From the NCBI RefSeq assembly GCF_003918875.1, contig NW_025767537.1, positions 248,001 to 312,000 of the forward strand: a stretch of 64,000 bases of DNA. The letters are read 5' to 3'. Shown piece after piece: positions 40,001 to 53,422 of the stretch. The notes below the pieces were generated by a model. The model was not told the DNA's origin. It did no database searches and was given only the letters and a program-made list of their open reading frames with translations. The DNA comes from Haliotis rubra. Its lineage: Eukaryota. Numbering within the stretch: the first letter of the stretch is position 1; each line of letters opens with the position of its first letter. Both the position numbers and the translations under genes were made by a program.

Positions 40001-40648
40001 CTGGTTCTTTCTCAAACGCCAGTACAAGATGCACATGAGCGTTACGTTGGTACTGCATTTGAATCTGTACGAGGAATGACACTTTCTTGGACTCATTTCT
40101 TTCTTCCATCTCAATGAGTTCACACTCATCATAATCTGTTTTTCATGACCTCATGTGTGGGCCTGAGTTAGTGAAATCGTTTCCAAATATGGCCTCGTGA
40201 GCACCCCGTGTTTATGAAAACAATCGGTTACACTAAAATTGAGAGTGGAAATGAATGCTGGAACATTTAGCGCCAAATTAGCTTTTGGTGAATTTTAAAG
40301 GTTAGTCAAGTGTATAATTAGGAAAAGCAGCCCACCTGTTTCAAACAAAATAATCGGTGAATTGCTTCTCGGAATTCGGAAATTGAATCAAGATGTCGGG
40401 TAATTAACACTTCTTCAAGATTACTTTCTTCAAGTCCCGCCATTGTAACAATTTAAGTATTAGTCTTTTTGCCTGCGGAGGTTCTTCAATAAAGCTACGT
40501 TAGATTGTTTTAGAAGATGTGAAGCAGCCGATTGTAAAAAACGATTTAGTTGATATACTCAACAGAGAAAGTCCTGGAATAAATGCCATACTGATACTCA
40601 ATGCCTTGATGTTTCCTGCGTGGTCGGAGATCAACGTGGACAAATATA

Positions 40649-42178
40649 TACTGAGTCAAAAAATAAATTTCACAAAATGTAATTTGAAAAATAATGAATA
40701 ATTTTTCTCAGATGATACATATATGTATCTGAAATGGGAACCCTGTCTTTCGACTCTAGAAAAACGTTAGCAAAACCCATTCAAACCCATCCATTCGTCG
40801 TGCAAATGACGTTAGTTCCAAATCAGGTTTTGCACGTGCAGTCGATCACATGATCTTCGCATCGAAGTTTTCTTCATATGCACGTGTTTGAATTGGCCTC
40901 AAGAATTGAAAAAACACTTTTAAATCACAGTTCTAACTGTACTTGAAATGCCACGATTGTCAAATGTGCAACGTGAACGTGCCGTTGGCATGTTGCAAGC
41001 GGGAAGATCAGTTATTGACGTCGCAAGAGCAATGGGATGCAGCCGTCGTACTATGTATGACTTGCGGGGTCGTCTACAACAAACTGGCACCACTTCTGAT
41101 CGCCAAAGGTCGGGTCGTCCACGTGTGACGTCACGAGCAGAAGACCGTCAAATCGTCCTACGTCACCTACGTGACAGATTTCTGTCGGCTACACGAACCA
41201 GGGCTGAGATGTTTAGAGGTCGACTGTCCTCACAGACCATTCGAAATCGGTTGCGGGCTGCCAATCTCAATTCTCGACGTCCATATCGTGGGCCAATATT
41301 GACGCCGTTTCATCAACGTCAACGTCTGCTGTGGGCCCAACGTCACCTCCGATGGACCCAGAGAGACTGGAATCGAGTCGTCTTTAGCGATGAATCCAGG
41401 TTTACCCTCAGATTCGCGGACGGCAGGCATAGAGTCTGGAGACGACGTCGTGAACGGTATGCCCAATGTTGTGTACAGGAAGTCGACAGATTCGGGGGCG
41501 GAAGTTGCATGGTGGGGTGCTTTCTGTGGGAACAACCGTTCCCGACTTCTGGTCATCCGTGGAAACCTCATAGTTGCTGCTTACCGCGACCAGGTGCTCA
41601 CCCCTGACGTCGTTCCTTTCATGGCGGCTCATGGCCCAGGTCTACAGTTCCAGCATGATAATGCTCGGCCGCATACCGCGATGTTGACACGAAATTTCCT
41701 TCAAAACGCTGGAATCAACGTCATGGACTGGCCATCGAGGTCCCCTGACCTTAATCCAATAGAGCACGTTTGGGATGCACTTGGGAGAAGGCTTCGTGGT
41801 CTTAGGAACCAACCTCAGAATTTGCAGGAACTTGGCACTGCCTTGCAAGAGCAATGGCGCAGAATCCCCAACCACGTGTTCACAAGCATCAGGCAGTCGA
41901 TGAGGAGTCGGTATTTGGCAGTGGTGAATGCACGGGGCGGCCATACACGATATTGAACTGAGAAATTTCGCATTTTTATCCTTGTGACTTGACATTCTGT
42001 ATACCCATGTTTTGGAACGGCGGTGTAGCCTAATGGAACTGATTATGGCACTGTCAGTGTATCGAGTACATCACACAGATCTCAGCAATGAAATAATAAC
42101 AATTTAACCATCTTACCATATCTTGTTCTTTTATAGTGCCCTGCAGAAAGAATGTGAAGTTTCTTTTTTGACTCAGTA
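40649..42178 (+). mobile_element. Full-length Tc1 (DD34E) transposon, 1530 bp
   Basis: TIRs TACTGAGTCAAAAAA(T/G)AAA(T/C)TTCACA, TA TSD; empty site gtggacaaat.aacttggtttgac in U3 (~32475). Confidence 0.97.
40948..41956 (+). pseudogene. Tc1 transposase with a single frameshift
   Basis: Paired-like HTH, RSGRPRVT, VVFSDES, FQHDNARPH, WPSRSPDLNPIEHVW (D-34-E); apparent 1-nt loss in GGGSxMVWG near 41512. Confidence 0.96.
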
Positions 42179-44843
42179 TACTTGGTTTGACGTCACTTCT
42201 AAAAACGCTGTCATAGCTGAGGTGTAATAGCGCCCCGATGATCGACTGGATGATTGAACTACTCGATTCTACCGACGATGTATTTACTTTGTGTATCGAT
42301 GACACATGTTTCGGGTATGTATACACCAGTCTGGAACATGTAGCCTGTTGTTAAACTCGTCAAGTAAACAATCCATCTGTTGTTGGCCAGCTATCTGCGT
42401 TGGCACAATTTCTGCTCGATGTACATCGTTGTAACATTATGATGTACATTTTGTTGGGTGTACAATGTCATATTGTTCTAAAGGCCAGATCCACACTATT
42501 GTAATACTCTCATGGTGCATTCTTCTGATTTGAAAGATTTTAAACCTGTTTGAAATCCACTTTTTCTCAGCTACATGTCTGCACCGGTAGCTCCGCGGCA
42601 TGTTGAGGAGGAAATGACTTTCGCTCTTGATCTCAAACCTTGTGCCTCCGGTTTATTGCCGTGTCATGTTTTTGTAATTTCCTCATCTCAAATGTCAGCT
42701 ATGGCCACCAGTACGGGGTAAACGAGGAAAGATCACGAATTCCTTAATAATTAACGACACTATTGGAATCCTGACCTTGACTTATGATTGCCCGTAAAGA
42801 ACCAAACTGTTTGATCTCGTGGACGTTAAGTCAGATGGCCCACTTCCACTAATACGCATGAATCCTTTCAAATTGTCATGACATCCATTTACATTGTACA
42901 AGTGCGCTCCAAATTGACCAAGATAATATCTTAGTTTGTCTCCATATCCAATCCATATCTATGTCTCATCTTGTGAAGTACTATTTCTTTACTCATGTAA
43001 TTTGATTTGTTGTTACGTTTAGAAGCATCAACCACATCAGTATGCTTTAGGATTGATCAATGGGTGAGTAGAATTGGCAGTGTAAATGAAAAGGAAGGGA
43101 TTTTACAATGCTAACTGTAGTTATAACACAGGTTAATGTGTGTGAAATGCTTAGTTTATTCTGACACTTAAACACAAACGTGCTTCAGTATAATTTATAG
43201 TGTAAACGAATGAGGAATAGGTTTGACGTTTCTACTTGCAGGTATATCAGGCATTGACAGCTTAATGTGAAAGTAAGGCTTAGCTTGAAAGGACAATTGT
43301 CAGAACATGCCATTTTTAGACACTTCAAGCAGTGAACAAAATAATACGACAGTAACCAAGGAAATACCTTGGACTTCAAATCCTGATGATCAAATCCCAT
43401 CCACATCGATTCTCGGCGCCTAAGATTCTCTACCACGAGGGCTATGGTGATAGTACTTCTCTTATATCGCAAAAAGGTGAGGCTATCCTACTCTACATCA
43501 CTAGCATACAATGTATTCTCCATAATAAACATGAGTGGAACACCACAAAACAGTTTGTCTATAATGGTATCATATCAAAACTAAAACTAACCGCAAGGGG
43601 ATATTCAAGTAGACTAAGACTGATGGTGAGGGCGATACACCACGAATTGACTGCAGACATTACACTGATGTTATACTCAAAACCGGAGCTTTCATCTGCC
43701 CCCTAACCTCTGCACTCAAAATATGAACCTTACATGTTACTTGCCCATAATATAATAACTTCTGAAAATCCTTGTGCATTAAGGTCCTCATGTTTTGGAT
43801 CAACAGTAAGGTAACATTTCTCTCGTGGACACACTTCCCTCAGTATTTGAACTTCTGCCAACAGGGTATGAAATATTAAATGTGTAATTACTCATTCAAC
43901 TCAGCTTGTATATTGTGAGATCCAATCAGATTAAAATTACGGTTAACTTTATTTAGTCCTATATTTAGGCATCACTGTAGTACCTTTTGTGTAATTGTCT
44001 GCTACATACATGTAAAAATACATAAATATCTTATTGTGGCTCTTCGCTAGAACTGATGGTCACTGTAAACGTATCATTGACTGTGGGCTGCTACGCAAAT
44101 ACCATGTCGCAGATAACGCAATATGTGATGAATAACGTTGCTAACGGAATTTCTTCAGCCAGATATTTATCAATGATTTAAACATCTTTTATGACCAGTC
44201 AATACTAAATCTGCTGAATCTTATTCCTTATCACAGCTGTCAGTTTGATTTGACCGTAACGTATCACCATATTACCTAATGTTCTCATATTCACTTCCTT
44301 CAACAGACATGACCTATTCTCCACCTTACAGAAAGCTAAATACGATATTGCAAACCCGGGCCATTGTTTTCCCTGTGGGATACTTATTCTATCGTGACTG
44401 AGCAACTTGACACATTTTCAATTGAATTCCTTTTTAAAAAGTGGCGTAACAATTTGATTAAAGGACCGGCTCTTGCTCCAACCCCTGCTCATAACTCAGC
44501 GAGATGCCAAACGCACGTCAGTACTGTGTGTGGTTAATGTGGACGTGGGGCATTTATTCTTTGAGAATAGCAACTTTGTGTGGGAGAAATCTGAAGCGCA
44601 AACGGTGTCTTTTTGTCAGCTTTTAAGACGCTACGGATGAACACGACACACGATGTGTGACCTTTCAACGGTGGAAGGAATTACTCTCAAACGAGTGACA
44701 CTTGGTCTCATACGTTTCTATTGGTGATGAAAGTGGAGCTGTTCAATGGCAATGGGTTTTTTCTATGTGTATGATATGTTTAGCAATGGAGCTATGTATT
44801 TAAAACCAGTGTATTCCATGTGGCATTTTGAAACATGTTTCTT

Positions 44844-45328
44844 GTGGTGATGTGTGGTCTTGTGCATAGAGCCCAGGTCACAAAGCAACTGAAGTTAAGA
44901 AACTCTGGTCACGGAGAGTCTTTGGATGAGTGACCGTTTTGGGCAGCTTGACTCCTGAGAATTTCTACGACTTTTGTACGGCACCACAAAAAAACACGAA
45001 TGTGTTCTCATCTTAGGCAAGGGAATATGTTCAAAATTGTCTCAGTGGCAATATGGGTACCTGGGGCTCCTTTCACGAAGCAGCCTTTACTAAGTTAACC
45101 GTAACTCCCATTCTTTAACATTGCACTAAGGTAACCTTAGTGACTTACCTTAGTGCTTTGTGAAAGGAGGCCCTGGTTGGATGAGTCACTATAAACCGTC
45201 TAGTCCCTCAAGAGCAGCTTGAGTTATCCAGGATAATAATGCCCATTGTGTTGTAAGCGCTTAGAGCATGTTCCTACGGCGTGGACTTCAGTTCTGTATA
45301 AGTGGCTTTATCATTATGATATATTATT
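44844..45328 (+). mobile_element. 5S-derived SINE (older copy, contains a MITE)
   Basis: Aligns to 13449-13854; same position in the unit as the copy at 52362. Confidence 0.8.
45064..45172. mobile_element. 109-bp MITE, PIF/Harbinger-like, nested in the SINE
   Basis: GGGCTCCTTTCACGAAGCA...TGCTTTGTGAAAGGAGGCC with CTG duplication. Confidence 0.82.
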
Positions 45329-45555
45329 AGATTAAAGCTATTGTCAAGATAATTTACCCAACCCGTAATACTACAGTAGTGATTGAATAAGTAAATACAT
45401 TAGTAATGCATCCCGTCTCTCAAATATGATGAACTGAATTTAGCTTCAGCAAACTTCTTCGGCTCAAGCAGGATTATTTAAAGTCATAATGGACCAAAGC
45501 GTTTAATCTACCACATAAATACCTTAGAATAATGCATAACAAGGTTCATAAGTAT

Positions 45556-45694
45556 GGTTTAACGACACTTTCACTCCACTTATTCCAGCAATATCTCAAC
45601 AGAAATGGGACACACATTGCACGCATTTGAGGAATCGAACTCCTGTCTTTGCGGGACGAGGAACGCTTTAATAACTAAGCTACCGCACCATTCC
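45556..45694 (-). mobile_element. Degenerate tRNA-SINE relic shared with U5 (~52980-53118)
   Basis: Diverged match to the 10722-10891 family. Confidence 0.7.
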
Positions 45695-45888
45695 TTAGTG
45701 TAACGACATGTGAATACAACGATGATCATGTCACAGGCATCGACAGAAAATCTTTGAAGATAAATCAGGTTATTCCTCAATTAATTTCGTTGACAACAGC
45801 AGAAACAGTCAAATAAATACCCTGATGGTCGTACAGTCAAGGTGAATTACGATCATCAGGGTCAATATTGATTGTTAACGTTTAGCTA

Positions 45889-46412
45889 TAGTCTGTTTGC
45901 AGTGAAAACGTACCGATGAATTTCACTTTAAACAAAAACGTAAATCAAATAAAGTGAAATTAGAAGTACGAATCCTCATGATTTTAACTTGCCAATTGAA
46001 CATTTAAATCTCAGAATTGTATTCAACTTAGGATAAAAGTTGTTTAACAAACGATAATAGTTTCAAATCGCTATTGTTGGTTTGTATTACAAGGGGGGTA
46101 TGCACATTAAATGAAACACCGAGAAGAAGTAGGGTTGGTCTAAGTTAACGCTCATCACGTACTGCACGTGCATTTGTATCACTGTTCCGATTACTGCGTT
46201 TACTCCCTTGTAATACAAACCAATAATAGCGATTTGAATCTATGATCGTCTGTTAAACAACTTTTATCCTAAGTTATGTAAAAATTCTGAAATTGATATG
46301 TTTAATTGGCAAGGTAAAATTATGAGGATTCGCAATCTTAATTTCACTATATTTAATTTACTTTTTTATTTAAAGTGAAATTCATCGGTACGTTTTCACT
46401 GCAAACAGACTA
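45889..46412. mobile_element. Foldback-like MITE with ~210-bp inverted arms
   Basis: TAGTCTGTTTGCAGTGAAAACGTACCGATGAATTTCACTTTAAA... mirrored at the right end; TA TSD; empty site at ~59610 in U6. Confidence 0.93.
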
Positions 46413-49400
46413 TAATCCTATGTAAACTAACACCGATCTACACTTTTGCGAAACGATGATATACGATCGGGTTAATCGTCTGTTATAACAAGCCTGGGTT
46501 GCTGAAGACCATGCCTAACGTGAAACTTCAGGGGGCTTCGTATAACGTCATTAGGATAAAAAAGTATAAGATCGTGTCTTCAAAGCAAATATTGATATCA
46601 CCCATAGGCGGATCAACGTAAGTGTTGGCGTTATTAACTTCATATACAACAGACATCGTCGATCACGGTTCTCAACATATTTCTTATAGAGTCATTCCTC
46701 ATCCAACCAAATGGTAAAGTTCATTTCGTTCAAGGCAATTCTCAGATCTTTCATCTTAGGCCTAGATCCGATGATCCGATACACGCTAATAACTTTACTT
46801 GTGGTCATGGGGGATCTAGACCGTCTTTGATACGTTTAATAATGGTGTAGATATGCCTTCAGTGTGTCCCCCTACACATATTGAACTAACGTAACGTATG
46901 ACAGCCTTGGAAGCAGTTCACACAGATATACGGTCAAGGAACTGGCTAACATATCTATATGGATTTGAATTGAAATGGCAAGCTAATAATGGTCGTTGTC
47001 TTTGACAGTCTTGCTCAACATTACATTGTAAGTCTATGTGCCAATAAATTGAAGGTGTTAGGTAGTCTATATAGAATTTTCTTAAAGCCTTGGCTCATCA
47101 ATCAAAACTTCCGGGTTCGATTCCCCACATGGGTACAAGGTGTAAAGCACTTTGGAGTTCAGATGATATTGACTAATTACAAATAACACACAATCAGCCT
47201 GGTCACACGTAACGGGCAAAATGACACTGAACACTGGGCACTTTCGGTTACTTTCACACATACTGCACACATACTGACAGACATATCCCAATAAAACGTC
47301 ATCAATTTGCAGCACGCACTCCGACATTAATCTATTATAACGCAAGCCAAACCAGATCAGGTTGATGAAATCGGTGATACTCCTCACCAATACGCCTCCC
47401 AAAAATAAGGCAATGAAGTAGTCCAAACGTCAATACAATACTCTAGCGACCCGATCACTGGCAACCCAAAACATGCCAATTCCTTCCACACATTGGACCT
47501 GAAATAGAAAACCCTCTTTCTCGAGATGCACAATACACCTTAGTTACGTGATCTGTCTCATTTGTCCATCTTCTTGGCTTTTTGTCAAGATGTGAGAACT
47601 GATACCGGTTTCGTTTGACGCATGCTTCAACCCATGAAACTTCATCGAGACATCATTGTTTTATGCATTTCAGAAGGAATAGAGAACGTTTCAAAATTGT
47701 CGGTAATATTATTGGATAAAATCCAAGTAATATAGGGACAAAAGACAGATGTGTTCTTCTGGCAATATGGTCAAGATATTAATTTTTCAAAAACAAAGAA
47801 CAAATAAATCCAAGCATGAAAACTACCAAAACCACTAGGGAAGACATCAGTATTGATGTTTTCATGTCCTTTGATGTGATTGTTTCAGCGAGCTATTGTA
47901 AGCTAGCATTTCTCTTGAGGGATCCACGAACAGGACCAGGTTCTGCTGGAATACAATTATGTGATACACTGATATCAAATCCAAGATATTTCCTTATGGA
48001 ATTCAGATAATAGTATTCCAAAACATAGAGCAATGCTTTAATCAAGAGTCAATCACAATACCACTCGCAGTTTCTCAGCATCTCTTTATCGTTGTAACAC
48101 AACATTAAGCATGTTTCTTCATCAGTGACGTGGAACATCGCAGTTGGATTGAAAGGTACACGTTTTCTACTTCTATTATATTCTACCTCTTAAACTGTTA
48201 TAATTGGAATATGTTCTGACATAAAACGACATAAGTCTTACTATCTGTACTCTGTTATATTAGTTATGGGTCATTCAATAATATGATCGTGGTCGTTTAG
48301 AAGGCGGTGCATGTATATTCAAAGTCATTATTTTGGTATTACGTTGATATCAGATGAAACGTTGCATTTTCAACTTATGAGAGTGCATGTGGACTGCTTC
48401 AGTGTGTGCCAACATTGACTGTCACTTGCCTTGAAGTGCACGTGCATTCAGCTTTTTCCATTAACCTTTTCCGTGCAAATTTCATAGTATCTGAAAGTTG
48501 AAATATGGACTGCCATCAATGTCACATAGACAACAGCAACCTTTCACATTATCGGCGTTCTCGGAGCTATCGATGCTTGTAAGCATATATTCTGGTCAAA
48601 AATACCAACATGATCCGAAATCCGAAATGACACTGGGTATATGCCAACGCTCAAAGATTCCATTGTTTCAGAACAGAAGTCTATCTAGAAGAACGGTGGT
48701 ACGATGCCACGGGACCTTTCTACAACAATGTACAAGCCACACATGGAGGTGTACGTTTGCTTCTAAATACGAATCGTTATGAAGAATGACATTTTATGGA
48801 AAGCACTCGTTTCTTTCTCCCATCTGAAAGAGTTCACACTCATCGTAAGTTTCACGATTTGGGTTTTCATGACAAAGAAATGAATTCTGGAACATTTTCT
48901 GCCAAAATAGCTTTTGGTGAACTTCCAAGTTTAGCGAAGTGTATAATTAGAAAGAGCAGCGGGCCTGTTTCAAACGAACTAATCAGTGAATTGCTTCTCG
49001 GAATTCGGAAATTGAATCAATGTGTCGGGAAATTAACACTTGTTCAAGATTACATTATTCAAGAGTCGCCAATGTAACACTTTAAGCAATGGTAATTTTT
49101 CCTGTGGTGTCTCTTCAATGAAGCTACATTAGATTGCCTCAGAAGATCTAAAGTATCCCATTGTAAGAAGAACGATTTAGTTGATACAATTTCAACAGAG
49201 AAAGTCCTGGAATAAATGCATTGCTACTAATACTCGATGCCTTGATGTTTCCTGCATGATCAATAATCAACGTCACCAAATCGACATTTTAACAACACTG
49301 TCACACCAGAGGTGGTAACAGTGCCCGGATGTTCGACTGGATGATTGAACTACTTGACTCTTCTAACGATGGCTTTACCTTGCATATAGATGTCACAGCA

Positions 49401-51449
49401 AACTCGTCAAGCAAACAATCTATATGTCGTTGACCATCTATCGGCCCTGGCAGAATTTTTGCAGGATGTAAATCGTCGTAACATTATGATGTACATTTTG
49501 TCGGGTGCACAATGTCATAAGACTCGTATTGTTCTAAAGGCGAGATGCACATTGCTGTAATACTGATTTAGGCATATTAAAAATCTACTTTTAACGCAAA
49601 TCCAGGTGGAATTAACACGAATCCAGTCAGACCTCACATGAATATCTAGAAAGGCATTGCCACTCATCCAGTAGGCATCAACATACGTAAGTAGGCATGC
49701 GCACCCATCAATCGGCCTTTGGGCAGTTTGCACGACACTCAACACGTTCCTGAAAGTAATCAAACACCGTCCACAAGCGTTCTAGTGTGCATTCACAAGC
49801 ATGAACTATGCCTTCACGTATCATATACGTTGGGAAGTGGATCCAGAAAGCCTTCCAAAGTTCTGGTAAGCAAGCATACACATCAAGCTGACCATCGTTC
49901 ATATCAAACAGGTAGTCACACCCGTCAGGTAGACAATCTATATGGCCATCTATCTGCCCTGGCAGAATTTTGGGTGCACATCATTTGTTGTAATACTCAG
50001 ACTCTCATTGGTGTATTCTTCTGATTTGGAAGATTTTAAGCCTATTTGAAATCTACTTTTTCTCAGCTACATATCTGCACCCGTAGCTCCGCGGCACGTT
50101 GAGGAGGAAATGACTTTCGCTCTTGATCTCAAACCTTGTGCCCCGGTTGATTACCGTGTCATGTTTTTGTAATTTTTGTAATTTCCTTTGATTTGTTGGT
50201 GGTAGGTTTATTGACATCAACCATATCAGTATGTTTTAGGATTGATCAATGGATGCTTGAGTAGGATGAGCACTGTAAGTGAAAATGAAAAGCTTTTACA
50301 ATGCTAATTACAGTCATAATTCGGATTGACAGCTTAATGTGTGATAAATGATTAGCCCAAACTGACGCTTAAACACAGACGTTTGAATGGGTGCTTCAGT
50401 ATAATTTACAGTGTAAAAGAATGACGATAGGTTTAACGTTTCTATTTGCAGGTATATCACGCATTGACAGCTTAATGTGGAAGTAAGGTGTAGCTTGAAA
50501 GGACAATTGTCAGAACATGCCATTTTCAGATACTTCAAGCAGTGAACAAAAATAATACGACAGTAACCAAGGAAATACCTGGGACTTCAACTCCTGATGA
50601 CCAAATCCCATCCACATCGATTCTCGGCGCCTGAGATTCTGTACCATGAGGCCTTTTGTACTTCTCTTATATGGCAGAAAGGTGAGCCTATAGTGCCCCA
50701 CACATGGCACAAAATGTATTCTCGATGATAAACATGTATAAAACAGAACAAAACAGCTTGTTTATAATGTTGATCGGTGAAGTTGATGTATCGAAGAACT
50801 CATCCGGGATCATGTCAAAACAAAAATGTGATGCTTAATAACCTCAAGGGCTTTCAAGCAGACCGAGACTGATGTGAGTCAATTACGGTCCTCATGTATT
50901 GGATCAAAAGTAAGGCAACATTCTCTTATGGATAACACCACACACTTCCCTTAGTATTTCAAATTCAGCCAACAGGATATGAAATATTAACTGTGTAATT
51001 ACTTGTACAAAGCAGCTTGCAAATTGTGAGATTCAATTAGATTAAATTCGAAGGAAACTTCAATTAGGCTAATGTTTAGACTTGGGGAACCACTGTTGTA
51101 CCATTATGTGTAATTGTCTGCTACTTAGTTGTAAAATGCATAAAATGTTACAGTGGTTCTTCGCCACAATTGATGTTCACTGTAAACGTATCATTGACTG
51201 TGGGATGCTTCGCAAATACCACAGCATCGCAGCTAACACAATATAGGATGAATAACTTTGCTGGCAGAATGTCTTCAGATAGATATTTATCAATGAGTTA
51301 AACCTCTTTTATTACCAGTCAATACTAAATCTGCTGAATCTTATTCCTAATCACAGATGTTCGTTTCATTGGACCGCAGCATATCACCATTTTACCTTAT
51401 GTTTTCATATTCACTTCCTTCAACAGACAATTCCTATTCTGCACCTTAC

Positions 51450-51508
51450 GGCCACCATATAGGTGGAATATTGTTGAGTGCGGCGTAAAATTAAACTCAC
51501 TTGCTCGG
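51450..51508 (+). mobile_element. 5'-truncated SINE/LINE tail
   Basis: GGAATATTGTTGAGTGCGGCGTAAAA tail with 10-bp TSD tgcaccttac; absent in U4. Confidence 0.85.
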
Positions 51509-52017
51509 TGCACCTTACAGAAAGCTCAAAACGATATTGCAAACCCGGGTCATTGTTTCACCTGTGGGATACTTATTCTATTGTGGCTGAGCAACTTGAC
51601 ACATTTTCAATTGATTTCATTTTTTTAAAAAAGTGGCGTCACAATTTAATTAAACACCTTCTCTTGCTCCAACCCCTGCTCATAACTCAGCGAGATGCCA
51701 AACGCACGTCAGTACTGTGTGTGGTTAATGTGGACGTTGGGCATTTATTCTTTGAGAATAGCAACTTTGTGTTGGATAAATTTGAAAAGCAATCGATGTC
51801 TTCTTGTCAGCTTTTAAGACGCTACGGATGAACACGATACACAATGTGTGACCTTTCAACTGTTGAAGGAATTACTTTCAAACGAGTGACACTTGGTCTC
51901 ATACGTTTCTATTGGTGATGAAAGTGGAGCTGTTCAATGGCAATGTTTTTTCTATGTGTATGATATGTTTAGCAATGGTAGCTATGTATTTAAAACCAGT
52001 GTGTTCCAAGTGGCATT

Positions 52018-52331
52018 TTCCGGAGTGCGGAAGGTCGCGGGTTCGATGCCCGCCCGCGTCATACCAAAAGACGTTAAAATATGGTACTTGTTGGTCCCTG
52101 CCTGGCGCTCGGCATTAATGGGTACAACAAGGACTGGTAGGCTCAGAGTCAGTATAATGTGTCTGAGTGGGGTATTCATGCTTACTGCGGCATGGTATCT
52201 CAGTGGGCTAGCACTATAAAACCAGCCTCAGTCTGGGCTAATACAAGCAGCCGCATATACACATACACACGCAATGACGTCGTATGAGCGAAATATTTTC
52301 AAGCACGACGTTAAACCCAATTTCACCTCAC
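52018..52331 (+). mobile_element. tRNA-derived SINE, slightly 5'-truncated
   Basis: Matches 2691-3020; 14-bp TSD ttccaagtggcatt; empty site in U4 (~44820). Confidence 0.92.
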
Positions 52332-52361
52332 TTCCAAGTGGCATTGTGAAACATGTTTCTT

Positions 52362-52750
52362 GTGGTGATGTGTGGTCTTGTGCATAGAGCCCAGGTCACA
52401 AAGCAACTGAAGTTAAGCAACGCTGGTCACGGAGAGTCTTTGGATGAGTGACCGTTTTGGTCAGCTTGACTCCTGATAATTTCTATGACTTCTATATGGC
52501 CCCACAACGAATCACCTATGTGGTCACACCTTAGGCAAGTGAGTTTGTTCAAAATTGCCTCTGTTCACCAAGCTGAATATTGGTACCCGGTGGGATAAGT
52601 CAAATGACTATATTAACCTTCTAACCACTCACGGACTCACGGACAGTTTGGGCTATCCGGGATAATAACGTCCAGCATGTTGTATGCGCTTAGATCATGT
52701 CTTGCGGCGTGGAGTTCATGTCTGTATAAGTGGCCTTGTTATTATAACCC
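52362..52750 (+). mobile_element. 5S-derived SINE
   Basis: GAAGTTAAGCAAC...AGTCTTTGGATGAGTGACCG; aligns to the 13449 and 44844 copies. Confidence 0.8.
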
Positions 52751-53223
52751 ATTACCTAGATTTTAACTATTTTCAAGATGGTTTACCCAAACCGTATCAG
52801 TACAGTAGTAATTTAATCAGTATAAGCATTAGGAATACATTCCGTCCCTCAAAGAAAAATGCAATGGGTTTAGCTTTACCAAACATGTCCAACTGGTGTA
52901 GAAGCATGATTAGTTTATGTCAAATTCGTCCAATGCGTTTTATCTAAGGGATAACTATCTCAGTTAAAGAAGCAGGTTGATTTCACGCCACTTCCACTCC
53001 ACTTATGCCAGTAATATCGCGACAGAAATGGGGCACACAATGTACCCATGGCGGGAATCGAACTCCTGGCTAAGCGTGACGAGGAACGCTGTAATAATTA
53101 AGTTGCCGCACCACCCCTTAGTGTAACGAAATGTAGATACAACGATGATCAAGTCACAGACATCGACTGAAAATTTGAGATAATAAATCAGGTTATTTGT
53201 CAATAAATTTCATTGAAATAACT

Positions 53224-53422
53224 CATTCTTGTCATAAGAGGCAACTAACGGAATCGGGTAGTCAGGCTAGCTGACTTGGTTGACACATATCATCGTATCC
53301 CGAAAGCGTAGATCGATGCTCCTGCTCTGGATCTCTGGACCGTCTCGTCCAGACTCGATTATTTACAAACAGCCGCCATTGGAATATTGCTGAGTGTGGC
53401 GTTAGTCGACAACCAACCAACT
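53224..53422 (+). mobile_element. V-SINE-like fragment
   Basis: cttgtcataagaggcaactaacgg...ggaatattgctgagtgtggcgtt with (AACC)n tail. Confidence 0.8.

Larger units (their letters stand above)
38750..47660. repeat. Long tandem array unit U4 (subfamily B)
   Basis: Core at 40359; distal ~3.5 kb matches U5/U6 but not U1-3; boundaries approximate. Confidence 0.9.

Noticed and set aside
41230-41995. Minus-strand ORFs of 113, 74 and 117 aa
   Set aside because: Antisense shadows of the Tc1 transposase
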